Source: Heptranchias perlo
Lineage: Eukaryota
DNA length: 64,000 nucleotides
NCBI RefSeq assembly: GCF_035084215.1
Contig: NC_090329.1
Span: 42,036,001 to 42,100,000 of the forward strand
Direction of reading: 5' to 3'
The notes below the pieces were generated by a model. That model did no database searches and was not told the origin of the DNA. It saw only the letters and a list, made by a program, of their open reading frames with translations. Position numbers and translations under genes: made by a program. Shown here one piece after another: positions 1 to 12,973 of the stretch (position 1 is its first letter; each line of letters starts with the position of its first letter).

Positions 1-985
1 TTGGGAGGTGCTGAGGAGGAAGCCTTGGCGAGTTGCTGCAGTGCATCCTGTGGATGGTACGCACTGCAGCCACTGTGCGCCGGTGATGAAGGGAGTGAAT
101 GTTTAGGGTGGTGGATGGGGTGCCAATCAAGCGGACTGCTTTGTCCTGGATGGTGTCGAGCTTCTTGAGTCTTATTGGAGCTGCACTCATCCAGGCAAGT
201 GGAGAGTATTCCATCACACTCCTGACTTGTGCCTTGTAGATGGTGGAAAGGCTTTGGGGAGTCAGGAGGTGAGTCACTCGCCGCAGAATACCCAGCCTCT
301 GACCTGCTCTCGTAGCCACAGTATTTATATGGCTGGTCCAGTTAAGTTTCTGGTCAATGGTGACCCCCAGGATGTTGATGGTTGGGGATTCGGTGATTGT
401 AATGCCGTTGAATGTCAAGGGGAGGTGGTTGGACTCTCTTGTTGGAGATGGTCGTTGCTTGGCACTTGTCTGGCGTGAATGTTACTTGCCACTTATGAGC
501 CCAAGCCTGGATGTTGTCCAGGTCTTGCTGCATGCGGGCTCAGACGGCTTCATTATTTGAGGGGTTGCGAATGGAACTGAACACTGCGCAATCAGCGAAC
601 ATCCCCATTTCTGACCTTATGATGGAGAGAAGGTTATTGGTGAAGCAGCTGAAGATGGTTGGGCCTAGGACACTGCCCTGAGGAACTCATGCAGCAATGA
701 CCTGGGGCTGAGATGATTGGCCTCCAACAACCACTACCATCTTCCTTTGTGCTAGGTATGACTCCAGCCACTGGAGAGTTTTCCCCCTGATTCCCATTGA
801 CTTCAATTTTACTAGGGCTCCTTGGTGTCACACTCGGTCAAATGCTTCCTTGATGTCAAGGGAATTTACTCTCACCTCACCTCTGGAATTCAGCTCTTTT
901 GTCTATGTTTGGACCAAGGCTGTAATGAGGTCTGGAGCAGAGTGGTCCTGGCGGAACCCAAACTGAGCATCGGTGAGTAGTTTAT
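1..985 (-). mobile_element. Zenon-like CR1-clade LINE fragment (RT region, continues off the left edge)
   Basis: Minus-strand translation includes LLTDAQFGFRQDHSAPDLITALVQT. DNA is nearly colinear with 43074-44180. Confidence 0.9.
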
Positions 986-1049
986 TAGCATGCTCCGTGA
1001 ATTCAGATAAAGAGTCTTTAATTTTGACTTTAACCATTTTTTCCTGCTT

Positions 1050-2860
1050 TGACCTTACTTGTTTTTGCACTATTATTGGTAAACTCTCTCTCCCTTCCTG
1101 CCACACTCTGCTTATCTTTACCCAAGTCACTACACTGTTCTATTGTCTTAACTTTTCTCATTAGATTTCTAAATTGCCCCTCACCTGACCCCTCCCTCCC
1201 CTTTTTAGTTTAAAGCCCTATCTACAGCCTTAGTTATTCGATTCACCAGGACGCTGGTCCCAGCTCAGTTTAAGTGGAGCCTGCCCCATTGGAACAGTTC
1301 CCTCTTTCCCCAGTACTGGTGTCAGTGCTCCATGAATCGAAACCTTTGTCTCTCACACCACTCTTTGAGCCACGCATTTAACTCTGATCTCTTTGTCCCA
1401 AGGCCAATTTGCACGTGGCTCAGGCAGTAATTCAGAGATTATTACCTTTGGGGTTCTGCTTATTAATTTAGACCCTAGCTCCTCAAACTGTCTCAGCAGA
1501 ACCTCATTCTTAGTTTTACCTATGTAGTTGGTTCCTGCGTGGACCTTGACAACTGGATCCTCCTCCTCATGCTCCAAGTTCCTTTCCAGCCATGAGGAGA
1601 TGTCCTTAACCCTGGCACCAGACAGGCAACACATCCTTTGGGACTCTCGGTCGTGGCTGCAGAGAACAGTCTTTATCCCCCTGACTAAACTATCCCCTAC
1701 CACTACCATATTCCTTTTTACTCCCCCCACTTGAATGGCCCCCAGTACTACAGTGCTGTGGTCAGGTTGCCCATCCTCCCTGCAGTCTTTGATCTCATCC
1801 ATATAGGTAGCAGGTATCTCGTACCTGTTGGATAAGGTCAAGTGCTGGGTCCCCTTCCCTGCCCAACTCACAGTCATGCCCTTCTGCCCCTGACCACTGA
1901 ACGAGTCAAAACTACTACCTAATCTAGGTGACTGCCTCCTGGATCAAAGTGTCCAGGTAACTCTCCTCCTCCCAGATGCATCACAATATCTGCAGCTCAG
2001 ATTCCAACGCAACAATTCTGAGCTGAAATTCCTCGAGCCGCAGACACTTACTGCAGATATGATTGCCTGGGATCATGCTGCTCTCTACAAACTCCCATAT
2101 GCTGCAGTTACAACACACCACCTGCCCTGCCATTGCTTGTTGAACCAGAATTTATTTCCTTCATTAGAGCTTTTAATCTCTTGCTATTCTTAGTTTTATT
2201 AACTAATTAATCTAGTTTAAATTATTGATTTAAGCTGTTAGTTAAACCCTTGCCCTAACTTAGAGAGAAAAAAAACAGTAACACTCACCAACCATTCACC
2301 TACCTGCTGTCCTGTGATATCACACCTTGATCTTTTTCTCAGTCCCACTGAATTTATCCTGACAATTTATCACCTGCTCCAAGTGAGTTTAGGCCTTCGA
2401 TCCTCATCTTTTATTTACTTGCCTCTGCCACCCAGTCCTTGCCTTGACTGCTGTCAGAGCTCTTCCTGTCTTTTCACTGTCCTTCCCTCTCCCACCAAAT
2501 TCTCAAGTTTCTACTCTGTTCACAATGCACTCTGTGCTTCAGCAGATACCTTCGATTTTATACACCTTTTGAGAACAGCATTTGCATCTGCTCGATCAGC
2601 TTCCAGCTCACAGTAATTACCCTCTATTCAGACAATCACTTACAGCTAATTGATTGTTAACTGTTAACTGCCACTGACTTGCAGTTTCTGTTAACTGCTA
2701 CCTAACTTGCAGTGTCTTTTAAAGTTTTAAAGTTCCATATTAATTTTTAAACTAAATTTGAATTTCAATTCACCCACTACTTTAACAGAGTTTCCCCTCT
2801 CAGCAAATTCTCAAGTTTCCACTCTGTTTGCAATGCACTCCGTTCGTTCTGTGCTTCATC
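1050..2860 (-). mobile_element. CR1 LINE 5' portion (5'UTR and degenerate ORF1)
   Basis: Contains the ORF1 relic. The putative 5'UTR has a direct repeat (~2491-2540 vs ~2795-2860). Boundaries are approximate. Confidence 0.7.
1353..2133 (-). pseudogene. CR1 ORF1p relic: CxxC..CxxC zinc finger/leucine zipper plus SGNH/GDSL esterase domain
   Basis: From ATG 2133: MAGQVVCCNCSIWEF...HICSKCLRLEEFQLRIVALESELQIL*. Downstream frame: LSNRYE...VVVGDSLVRGI...CCLSGARVKDI...VHAGTN, the typical vertebrate CR1 ORF1 esterase motifs. Confidence 0.85.
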
Positions 2861-2899
2861 TCTGGGCTATTATTACCTTGACAACTCTGGTGAGGTCAT

Positions 2900-3235
2900 T
2901 GAACTATTTTTGGCATTGCAGCCATGTCCTGGGAACTAAGCTCCTGGCTTTGACCTCCTCAACAACCTCTTCGCCGTTGCCTCAGCCCATCTGCTGCTGA
3001 AAACCTCATCCATGCTTTTGTTACCTCCAGGCTCAACTATTCCAATGCTCTCCTGGCTGGCCTCCCATCTTCCACTCTCTGTAAATTTGAGCTCATTCAA
3101 AGCTCTGCTGCTCATACCCCGACTCGCACCAAATCCCGTTCACCCATCTCCCCTGTGCTCGCTGACCTACATTGGCTTCCAGTCCAGCAACGCCTCAAAT
3201 TTAAAATTCTTATCCCTGTGTTCAAATCCCTCCCT
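2900..3235 (+). mobile_element. L2 LINE fragment
   Basis: Homologous to ~52850-53120 (ETLIHAF/LDYSNALL/LHWLP-type region). Confidence 0.8.
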
Positions 3236-3949
3236 GAATAGTGTGGGTAACTCTAGATGCAGGCCTGAATCACTGTATTAAGGTTCTAGCCCATATTTAA
3301 TGTTTTGCCTGGAACCATGTGAACACCCCATTCAGCATGCCCCCGGCCCCCCCATGCACCCATTTATGAGCGCAATTGGATTTCTTGTCTATTAAGGTCT
3401 CATCATGAACTCTGCACTAAAAATATACTGTAAACATTAGAGAAAAATCCTTCCAAAGGCTTTTAAGAGCTCCTGTGCACATAGAGCTTCCCTGGGACCC
3501 ATTTGGAATGGGTCCAAAGAAAGCAATGCAGCAAACTAATGATAGAAAAGTGGGGAATTGCATCCCTGAAGACTCCACTGCCAATTCCACTCTGTCTGCT
3601 CCAGTTGCACTCCTGTTCTTCTGGTGTCCCAGGGAATCAGCCCTAAATTTTTCTGCAGGACCTTGAGGGATGAGTTCTAAATCCCAAAACACAGGTTCGT
3701 ATTTGGCTGACTTATATTTCTTTGAAAGCATCTGAATCTGGTCCAGTTCAAATTTAGAAATATGTCAGATGGCTTCCCCCTTTATTTAAAAGAATATCAC
3801 TATATAAGTACAGATGGATTAAACAGTCACAAACTCAGTCTTATATTTTCTGGTTTGAAATGTTTTTCTATTCCGACCTTGCAGATATGTATGGCCAAGG
3901 ATGATTTCCAATTATAGGTGTAGTTTATTGGTGATATAATGGTTTGTGT

Positions 3950-4506
3950 TTTTTTTATCATTCTTTGGGATGTGGGTGTCGCTGGCAAGGCTGGCATTTA
4001 TTGCCCATCCCTAGTTGCCCTGAGTGAGGGTAGTTAAGAGTCAATCTCGTGGTGTTGAACTGGAGAAACATAGGGGGTACTTTTAACTGTTGGCGTTTGT
4101 GTAAAATGGGAGATATCAGATTGGCCGCCCATTATACACCCTTCCCGATTTTCCGTTCCGATAACTTCAAAGGAAAGGAAAATAAGGAAAAGTGGATGAT
4201 GGGTGGCCAATCTGATATTGCTTATTTACACTATCGGCCAAAGTTAAAATGCCCCCATATAGGCCATACTGGGTAAGGTCAGCAGGTTTCCTTCCCTAAA
4301 GCACATTAGTGAACAGTTGGGTTTTTATGACAATTCAATGGCTTCATGGTCAGTTTTACTGATACTGTTTTTTTATTTCCAGATTTTTAAAACTGAATTC
4401 ATATTCTTGAACTACCATGGTGGAATTTGAATTTACATTCTACTGGATGATTAGTCATGGCCTTTAGATGACTAGACCAGTGACATAACTACTATACAAC
4501 CATACC
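3950..4506 (-). mobile_element. tRNA-headed SINE-like element with the Zenon-like LINE 3' tail (interrupted by a MITE)
   Basis: 3965-4021 matches the LINE 3' end at 42790-42843. 4260-4500 matches 6490-6710. Degenerate A/B boxes followed by CCA on the minus strand. Confidence 0.75.
4073..4256. mobile_element. Palindromic Harbinger-type MITE
   Basis: Ends GGGGGTACTTTTAAC / GTTAAAATGCCCCC, with long internal inverted arms. 3-bp TSD ATA/ATA; an empty-site analogue (cacatatagg) lies at ~6496. Confidence 0.85.
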
Positions 4507-4514
4507 CGATATGT

Positions 4515-6710
4515 TCTACTTTTTGTGGAGAGGATATTCTTGGGCAATTTTCGACATTGTCAGGTAAATGCCAGTGTTGTAGCTGTACTGGAATAGCTTA
4601 GTTAGAAGCACAGCTAGTTCTTGAGCACAGGTCTTCAGCACTACAGTTGGAATATTGTCGGGGCCTGTAGCTTTTACTGTGTTCAGTGCACTCAGCCGTT
4701 TAAGAACATAAGAACTAGGAGCAGGAGTAGGCCAATCGGCCCCTCGAGCCTGCTCCGCCATTCAATAAGATCATGGCTGATCTGATCCTAACCTCAAATC
4801 TAAATTCATGTCCAATTTCCTGCCCGCTCCCCGTAACCCCTAATTCCCTTTACTTCTAGGGAACTGTCTATTTCTGTTTTAAATTTATTTAATGATGTAG
4901 CTTCCACAGCTTCCTGGGGCAGCAAATTCCACAGACCTACTACCCTCTGAGTGAAGAAGTTTCTCCTCATCTCAGTTTTGAAAGAGCAGCCCCTTATTCT
5001 AAGATTATGCCCCCTAGTTCTAGTTTCACCCATCCTTGGATGCTCAGTTTTGAGCTGCTAGATCTGTTCCTAATCTATCCCACTTAGCACAGTGGTAGTG
5101 CTATCCTTTGATGTCACGTGGAGTGAATCAAATTGGCAAAAGGCTGACATCTGTGATGGTGAGGTCCTCAGGAGGAGGCCGAGAAGGATCATCCACTCGG
5201 CATTGCTGGCTGAAAATGGTTGAGAATACTTCAGCCTTGACTTTTGCACTCATGTGCTGGGCTCCACCATCATTGAGGATGGGGAGTTTCATGGGGCCTC
5301 CTCCTCTTGTTAGTTGCTTAATTGTCCACCACCATTCACGAGTGGATGTGGCAGAACTTTGACTTGATCCATTAGTTGTGGGATCGCTTAACACTGTCTA
5401 TAATATGTTGTTTCTGCTGTTTAGCATCGCATGTAGTCCTGTATTATACCTTCACCAGGTTGGCATCTCATTTTCAGGTACGCCTGATGTTACTCTCGGC
5501 ATGCTCTTCTGCATTCCTCATTGAACCAGGGTTGGTCATCTGGCTTCATGATAATGGAGGATTAAGGGATATAACTGGCCATGAGGTTACAGATTGTGTT
5601 GGAATAAAATTCTGCTGTAGGTAATGGCCCACAGTGCCTCATGGATGCTCAGTTTTGAGCTGCTAGATCTGTTCCTAATCTATCCCACTTAGCACAGTGG
5701 TAGTGCTATATGATACGTTGGAGGGTGTCCTCAGTGTGAAGATGGGACTGGTCTCCATAAGGACCAAGAGGTGGTCACTCCTACCAACGCTGTCATGAAG
5801 TGACGCATTTGCGACAGGTAGATTGGTGAGGACGAGGCCAAGGAGGTTAATCCCTCGTGTTGGTTCTCTCACCACATGCTGCAAGCCCCAATCTGGCAAC
5901 TATGTCCTTCAGGACTCGGCCAGCTTGGTCAGTGGTGGTACTACCGATTTATTATTGGTGATGGACATGGAAGTCCCCACCCAGAGTACATTCTTTTGCC
6001 CTTGCTACTCTCAGTGCTTCCACCAAGTGATGTTCAACATGGAGGAGTACTGACCCATCAGCTGAGGGATGGCAGCATGTGGTAATCAGCAGGAGGTTTC
6101 CTTACCCATGGTTGACCTGAAGCCATGAGACTTCATTGGTCTGGAGTCAATGTTGAGGACTTCCAGGGCCACTCATCACAACTGTGCCTCCAACTCTGAT
6201 GGGTCTCTCCTGCTGATAGGACTGGACATACCCCTGGATGGTGATGGAGGAGTGTGGTCATTGGCTGATAGGTATGATTCTACAAGTCTAGCAGCTGTTC
6301 CAACTTTGGCAGAAGTGTCCTGATGTTAGTAAAGAGGACTTTGCAGGATCAACTGTGCTGAGTGTGCCCTTGTCATGTCCTGATTCAGTGATTAAATTGC
6401 AGCCAAGTGGTCAGTCCATTCTTTTTTTATTCTTTCTAGCGGTATGAGTTACTTGCTATGCCATTTCGGAGGGCAGTTGGTGTGGGATTGGAGTCACATA
6501 TAGGGCAGACCTGGTAAGGATGGCAGATTTCCTTCCCTAAAGGGTATTAATGAGCCAATATGGGTTTTTATGATAATCCGTCAACTTTGTGGTCACTTTT
6601 ACTAATGCCAGCTTTTTATTTCCAGATTTTTTAAACAGAATTCAAATTCTCCAACTACTATGGTGGGATTTTAACTTGTCTTCCCTGGATTACTAGTCCA
6701 GTAACATAAC
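4515..6710 (-). mobile_element. Older Zenon-like LINE: tRNA-like 5' head, APE endonuclease and start of RT; interrupted by a CR1 at 4701-5036
   Basis: Homologous to 44290-45650 (LGLVLTNLPVANASLHDSVGRSDH; GPDNIPTVVLKTCA). The last ~15 bp of the head are displaced to ~7637-7650 by the 6711 element. Confidence 0.85.
4701..5036 (-). mobile_element. 5'-truncated CR1 (HER1-like) 3' end
   Basis: Translation TRGHNLRIRGCSFKTEMRRNFFTQRVVGLWNLLP. TTCTTATG-type octamer tail. Confidence 0.9.
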
Positions 6711-7636
6711 GACCCAGAAATTGCTGGTGCGATGCATCTTGCAGCGAGCGCTATGAATGGGAATTCTTACCTCACCCTTAAGATCGTATTATTTTTAAAG
6801 CGCCAAATGCTGGAAATGTGAAATGATAACGGTGCGGTGATGTCAAAGGAGCATCTGGAACCTTCTGAACGTTGGGTCCAATGGTCTATCTCTTTAACTA
6901 ATAAAATTTAAGGATAGAGAAAGAAACAGAGCGAACGTTGGAGAAGGGTAAATGAGAGTCCAATTAGCTAGAATTCTACTAGTAAAGGACACTTAAATCT
7001 GTCTGCCAGACGCATGTGAGAGGTGATACTGCTGTCAGGAGAGTCTGCAGTTCATCCATTCCATTTCCTAAACGAAGCAAAGAAATGGTAATGGTGGAGG
7101 GAATTCTAATTTAAAAGGAAGTGGAAGGGAAGGGCTACATCACCATAAATCAATCCTGCCGTGGAAGTTTAGAAATCAGAGAGGAATTTAATCTAAGAAA
7201 CAGAAATAAAGAGAAGGAATGAAAAAGATTGGATTAAGAGAGAGAGAATAAAGAGACAGAAAGGAAAAGTAAGAAAAAAATTTAAAATTTATAAAAACCT
7301 CTAGCAACAATTTATTACATGCATGAGTGAGACTCCATAATTTTAATTGTTCCTTTTCTGGGCCTCCAAGTGGTTTGTCAGGACTATAAATCATGTCATT
7401 AACAGTGTCCTTACGACATGAATTACCAGCCGTAAATGGCTGCAGATGAGTTTAATTTGTATTAATGGCATGAATCCAGCAATTTCATGACAAAACAGTG
7501 AGGAGGCTTATGGTGAGATGGTAAATTTTTTTTGGTTTGGTGTATTTCTTCTTCGCCACAAATTGCTGGGTTTTTTACACACTAATAACGGCGAGTGCTG
7601 TGAACTCGCCATTGTTTTTCCAGCAATTTCTGGGCC
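6711..7636. mobile_element. Non-autonomous Harbinger-type element
   Basis: TIRs GACCCAGAAATTGCTGG / CCAGCAATTTCTGGGCC; TSD AAC/AAC; homologous along its length to 26009-26570. Confidence 0.85.
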
Positions 7637-7778
7637 AACAACTATTCCATCTTCTGTTCTAATGTGGAAGATATACATCTCTTCCCTTCGTGATTTAGGA
7701 ATGCGTACACACCCAAGTCCCCGTGACTGTACTAGAGACAGTATGTGTCGGAGTCCCTGGTAACCTATTAAAATATAT

Positions 7779-7968
7779 GAGGGTAATTTTGACTTTGTGC
7801 GATGGTGAGAAACACGTGATAGTGAATCAGCAGTTTGTTTTACATCTCTCCCGATTTTGATTTCAATGGAAATAAAAAAATAGAAATAAAAATCGGGAGA
7901 GATGTAAAACAGGCTGTCAATTCACTATCACTCGTTATACACCATCACACAAAGTCAAAATTACCCCC
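7779..7968. mobile_element. Palindromic MITE
   Basis: GAGGGTAATTTTGACTTTGTG / CACAAAGTCAAAATTACCCCC, with near full-length inverted arms. Confidence 0.85.
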
Positions 7969-8046
7969 TCTTTCTCGGCCCAGCAACCAGCACTCATTAT
8001 GATCGCAAATGCTTAAAATGCAGTACAGTACTGTGGTCTCCCATCT

Positions 8047-8263
8047 GAATTCTACTAGTAAAGGACACTTAAAACTGTCTGCCAGACACGCGTGAGAAGT
8101 GATACTGCTGTCAGGAGAGTCTGCAGTTCATCCATTCCATTTCCTAAGCAAAGAAATGGTAATGGTGGAGGGAATTCTAATTAAAAAGGAAGTGGAAGGG
8201 AAGGGCTACATCACCATAAATCAATCCTGCCATAGAAGTTTAGAAGTCAGGGAGGAATTTAAT
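8047..8263 (+). repeat. ~220-bp segment duplicated in direct orientation at 6971-7192
   Basis: The two segments align with few substitutions and small indels. Confidence 0.95.
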
Positions 8264-10759
8264 ACACTGTAGAGCAGTCTTAATAGTTATTTTCCTGAGC
8301 AGGAAGATTGGACTGTACACAGGTGTCTGGTGCAACAATAGTTCTGCAGTTGTACAGTCTGCAGCAGAACAGCTGAGGTAATGTTGCGTTGGCTTATATG
8401 TTGTTTTTTTCCAGATGTACAACTCCCCATTATTCTGTAGCTGTTAGAGTTGAGAAAGATTTTTTTTTTAAATGTTGTATTCATGAATTTTCAGCATTCA
8501 TAAAGATACATAACATGCTGAAGGGAGGAAAGGAAACTAGGCCATAAAAATATTGGCTGGGGTGAACAATTCAACAATGAAAACTTATGCCGCAAAACCA
8601 AAAAGTTAACAGTGCCAACTTTATAGATTATCTGAAACACTCGCTAATCACCTGTGGCATTGCTCAGAGACTCTAACATCTGGAGCACTGTTGTGTTGTT
8701 CATTGCTAACCTGGACTGTCCCTTTAAGACCAGTGCTCAAATATTGCCACTGGGAATCCAGGCAGTTGTAACTGCTTAGAAATTGCTCTGACCAATTAGA
8801 AGTCAGTAATTTGCTTGTAAATTTCAGATTCCAGGTTCATTCCTTCCTGTTTTTTTGTAAGATTATTTTGCATCTGTAACAAACTGATATCCGAAGGTTG
8901 ATTTTCCTCCTCCCCCCTCACCTTGGCTGGACACTAGTCAGACAGGGCTCACTCAAAAATACGTTCCACTAGATATGACCTGAACTCATTTGGATTTGCA
9001 GATTCCGGTCTTTAACCAAGGCCAGATATTCCCCCAGCACAGGCCCAGCCCCAAGGCAGGGCCTTGAACCTGAAGATGGGGCAGAAATTCAACCATTGTT
9101 GCAGGCCTGAGAAACCAGCAGCCAGAAGGCTTCCAGTCCCAAGAAGCCACTGGGTACCTGTAGAAAAAAGGTGGCACTTACCATTTTAGGGCTCCATTGC
9201 CTTGCTGCCTGTGCCTTTCAGATCCTCCGATCGGAGTGTTGGGAGGAGGGAGGTGGGGGGGTTGCAAGGCCTCCTGCCAACTGCTTCCGTGAGGGAGGAA
9301 TCTTGGTCAGCAGGAAAGGTATTGGATGGACTGGGCTGTGAACTTCCTTAATGCTGGGAGGGAAGATTCTCTACAACTCAACGAATAGTCATACACTGTT
9401 TGCTCAGCCTCGGCACTTCCATCCACTATCAATAAATCTACTGCTCTTTGCCTTCTGTATTTGTCCATCACACTTCCGTTTCTTGTTCAGGGGTGTGGGA
9501 CCATATCTTGCTCAGCACGGGAATGGGGTTTGCGGGCTAAAATATTGCTGAGGGGATAAAATGTAGCTCAGTGGGGGTTAATATCTCACTTAGAGGAGCG
9601 ATATGTCTGCTCAGTGAATCCTCCTGATCTCTTGGACAGTTTATGGATTTCCAGTAGCATGATTTTTATCCAAAGGGTTGATGCTTGTGATTGCTGTGTG
9701 CTCAATGAGAAACTGTCACATGACCTTAGGTGCAGCTCCACTTTAATGAATTGGTCATGTAATGTTAAGCTTATGGCATCACCTACAGGTGCAATACCTT
9801 TAGCGTCTCGAGAAAATTAATTGTTTTTAATATAAAGCAGATCTAGTAGTGAATCTCCTACTGCATTGCTCATAGTAGCCCCGATTTTTACCCTGCCCGT
9901 CTGAAAGGTGGGCAGGGTAAATAATGGTAGAGCACTATAATTGCTGCATTGGTGAGGTGCTCCCACCCACTGCCATTTTAATCGGACACTTTTCGGGGGT
10001 GGCAGAGGCGCTCAGCGCAGGCAGGTGGGGTTCTCATGAATGTGGCGCAGATTGGGCTTTGGGGAATTAGGAAATTGGGCAGAGAACCCAATCGCCCAAT
10101 GCATACCCAGAATGTACTTCTGTGGGGGGAAATAAGGAAGGCGGACAAAGCCCTCACTAAAAGCAGGCGGCAGTTTCATTACAACGTTAAAATCATTCTC
10201 AATACAATGCAGACAAGCGCAGATGCACTTTCCCCTGATTTTCACTGAGAACGTGCTGTATGTTAGCCTTGTTCGTATAAGCCTATCCAAGGAGGGCCGT
10301 TTAGCACTGACAGGAAGTCAACATTTAAATGGGAGACCAATAATTCCAAGAGCTACAATTTGAAATTGTAACTTGAGTGCAGAGTTGTGATACAGGATAC
10401 AGGAAATTTTCACTGCTCTTTTTGTACAAGGTCATTTTTCTAGATTTTTGGACAAGAGTTTTGGCAAATATATTTTTAGTTGAATTATCTATATGGTTAC
10501 GTTTGGCAAGTTAGTGGTCCAGATGTGGAACCTCACTTGACAGGTCAGATGTACAATTGGGTTTAGAAATCAACATTTCCACTATGCAGCCTTTCCAATT
10601 TGTCAGTTACTGGAGCACTGACTTGAAAATTTACCCCATAATTTACAATATTGGAATCCATTATATTCCTGTTATTTGTAGGAAAGGGGAGGAGGAAAGG
10701 AGCAATGCCAGGCAAGTCAGTCTGTGATGAACTGCCAACACCCACTGTCATCTACGGAC

Positions 10760-11100
10760 CACTATCTGAGGGCACAAGCACAACTACCTTGCCATGTCTG
10801 CGGAAGATTCTCTTTGCAGGCAGTGACTAAGTTGTTCTCTGTCTTTCTAGAAACTGACCTTTACCAAATCTCTACCACAGGGATGGCATTGCCAGTGGCT
10901 GCCAAGATCATTACAGCTCTAAGCTTTCAAGCTTCCGGATTGCAGGGGGAGATCAGCAACACCAGTCAAGCTGTAGCTCATGAATGAATCAAGCAGGTGA
11001 CTGATATATTGTTCACCATGGAAAACAATTTAATCACTTTTCCCCATGGACAACTGGCAGCAGAATGAGAGGACATTCTCATATGGCTTCTATATGCCCC
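10760..11100 (+). pseudogene. Degenerate HARBI1-like transposase N-terminal fragment
   Basis: FSLQAVTKL...ALPVAAKIITALSFQASG...ISNTSQAVAHE*IKQVTD parallels AFPVAVKVTVALNFF...ISQYAVHWCIREVTD at ~48930-49060. Confidence 0.7.
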
Positions 11101-12635
11101 CTGCTGGCCCCTGGTCAAAACAGTTTACCTCCATCAACTGTAAAGGCTAACACTCCACGATCTGTCTCTCTCAGGAACGCCTCTAGCTCCCATTTGAAGG
11201 ACTGTAGGGAATCTATGCTCACCCCCGCTTAAGTAATCTGTCCCAGAGGGTATGTGTGCAGGAAGCTCTACAGGAAGCTCTGTCCCTGTCCCAAATGTTG
11301 TTTGCAAGTTATCATGCAATAGATGCTATAACATCTGTCTTGTGAAGCTATCTCCTCTGATGTGTGGCAGGGGCCACAAATGAAGGTCTGGGTAGTGATG
11401 GGTACAAACAAAAGTTGGGGGTAGCATTTGCACTTGCATTTGTTGGCCTCTATCGACCTCCTCGTTCTCATTTCAATCCTATGGTCCATTCGGCATCTTC
11501 AACAGAATACCCATCCTCACCACTTTGCATAGTGCAATTTAAATGGCAGCAGTAACCTGGAGTGATGAAGTATTGGCAAGAAAAAAGAAAGTAAAAATGT
11601 TGGATTCCCCAGCAAAACTAACTAATGCATGCAGTAAAATATAACAAAATATAATTAGAAAGGAAGCTAAAACGAAACAGAAGAGCATGCCTGTTTTTCT
11701 TCATAATTAGGAACACTCCAACAAAAAGTATGCAAACATGTGGCTTTGACATGCAATTTTTGAGAATGTGATTTCATTAATGAGTCTTTAATTGTGGAGA
11801 ACTGCAGGAATTCTGGCATTTTTCATTAGAAGAGAAATGTTGGAAGATTGAGTAAACCTTTCATCTACAAGGATCCTTCAACTCCTCAATTAATCTGGAT
11901 TGTGTGCCATTTAAGGTTCAAAGTTGCCATATTGAAGCCCAATGACATTCATCCATTTGCTACTGTTACAATCTTGTGATAGGATGCTTTACAGTCCAAG
12001 TTGCATATTTATTAATCTGCACATAGCAACGTGGAATGTTGAGATTACAAATATTTACAATGCCACAAGCGTCAGCCCAGAAACCTTCACTTTCCCAATG
12101 TTACATTCTCAGACTCTGGTCAGATAAAAGACTAATCTATAATTAAATGGGACTTTCCACAGTATTTGTCAGTGAATCAATACTGCATAGAAAAAATTCC
12201 GGTGTTTTACCAACTTTCACCCTGTCATCCTCAAATCTTACCTGTAATTTTAAATCTCTCATTGTATTTTTCACGTGTATCAAATCAAATAAGCAAGTAT
12301 GAAAAAAATCCTAATATAAAATAAGTTACAAGAATTAAGGGAAAATAAAGAAAAATTGGGCAGTACAAAATTATTTTTATTTCAATATCAACTAGTGAAA
12401 GAAACAAATAATTGACATTGTTCAGAACTAATACTTCTGACTACTAGGCTCCCTGTGTACTAGATTCTGTGTGACACTTCCTGAAATTTCATGGTCCTGG
12501 ACATACAGGCAAAAACATGCTCATGCTTGCTGTACACATGCACTGCAGAGCTCCTGGAATGGATAGCTAATGGGTTCTACTGAACAAATAGAGGCTTATA
12601 AGCCATGACTCGAAGAATTCTTCAAGAGGCAAATT

Positions 12636-12805
12636 GGGGGTGAAATTCAACTTCAGTGGGAGCACATAACCGGCAGTAGTAAATTGGCCATCTTACACCC
12701 TGCCAGTTTTATCCCTTTCCATTGACTTCAATCAGGCAGGGTGCATAACAGGCGGCCGATTCACCAGCACCCATTTTGCGCTGTCCTGAAGTTGAATTTC
12801 ATGCC
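12636..12805. mobile_element. Palindromic MITE (diverged)
   Basis: GGGGGTGAAATTCAACTTCAG / CTGAAGTTGAATTTCATGCC with inverted arms. Confidence 0.7.
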
Positions 12806-12973
12806 TGTTCTCTTTATCGCTGAGAAGAGGCAACCATTTGAACAATGCACATGCAAGCGATGCCGTGCCATCTCCATGAAACAGTAATACATTTCAGTGT
12901 GAATTAAATCAGTTTTCTACTATTTGGTAAACATAGAAAGTGGATGGCCGCGCAGTTTTCATTAAAGGAAATG

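Noticed and set aside
1353-1877. Host GDSL lipase/esterase gene
   Set aside because: The zinc-finger plus esterase layout with stops is the known CR1 ORF1.
4400-4506. Functional tRNA gene
   Set aside because: Degenerate boxes, no convincing cloverleaf, and embedded in a retroelement head.
1-6710. 1-985 and 4515-6710 as halves of one split LINE
   Set aside because: They are roughly colinear, but the left piece is visibly closer to the young 42775 copy than the right piece is. Likely separate insertions; not resolved.
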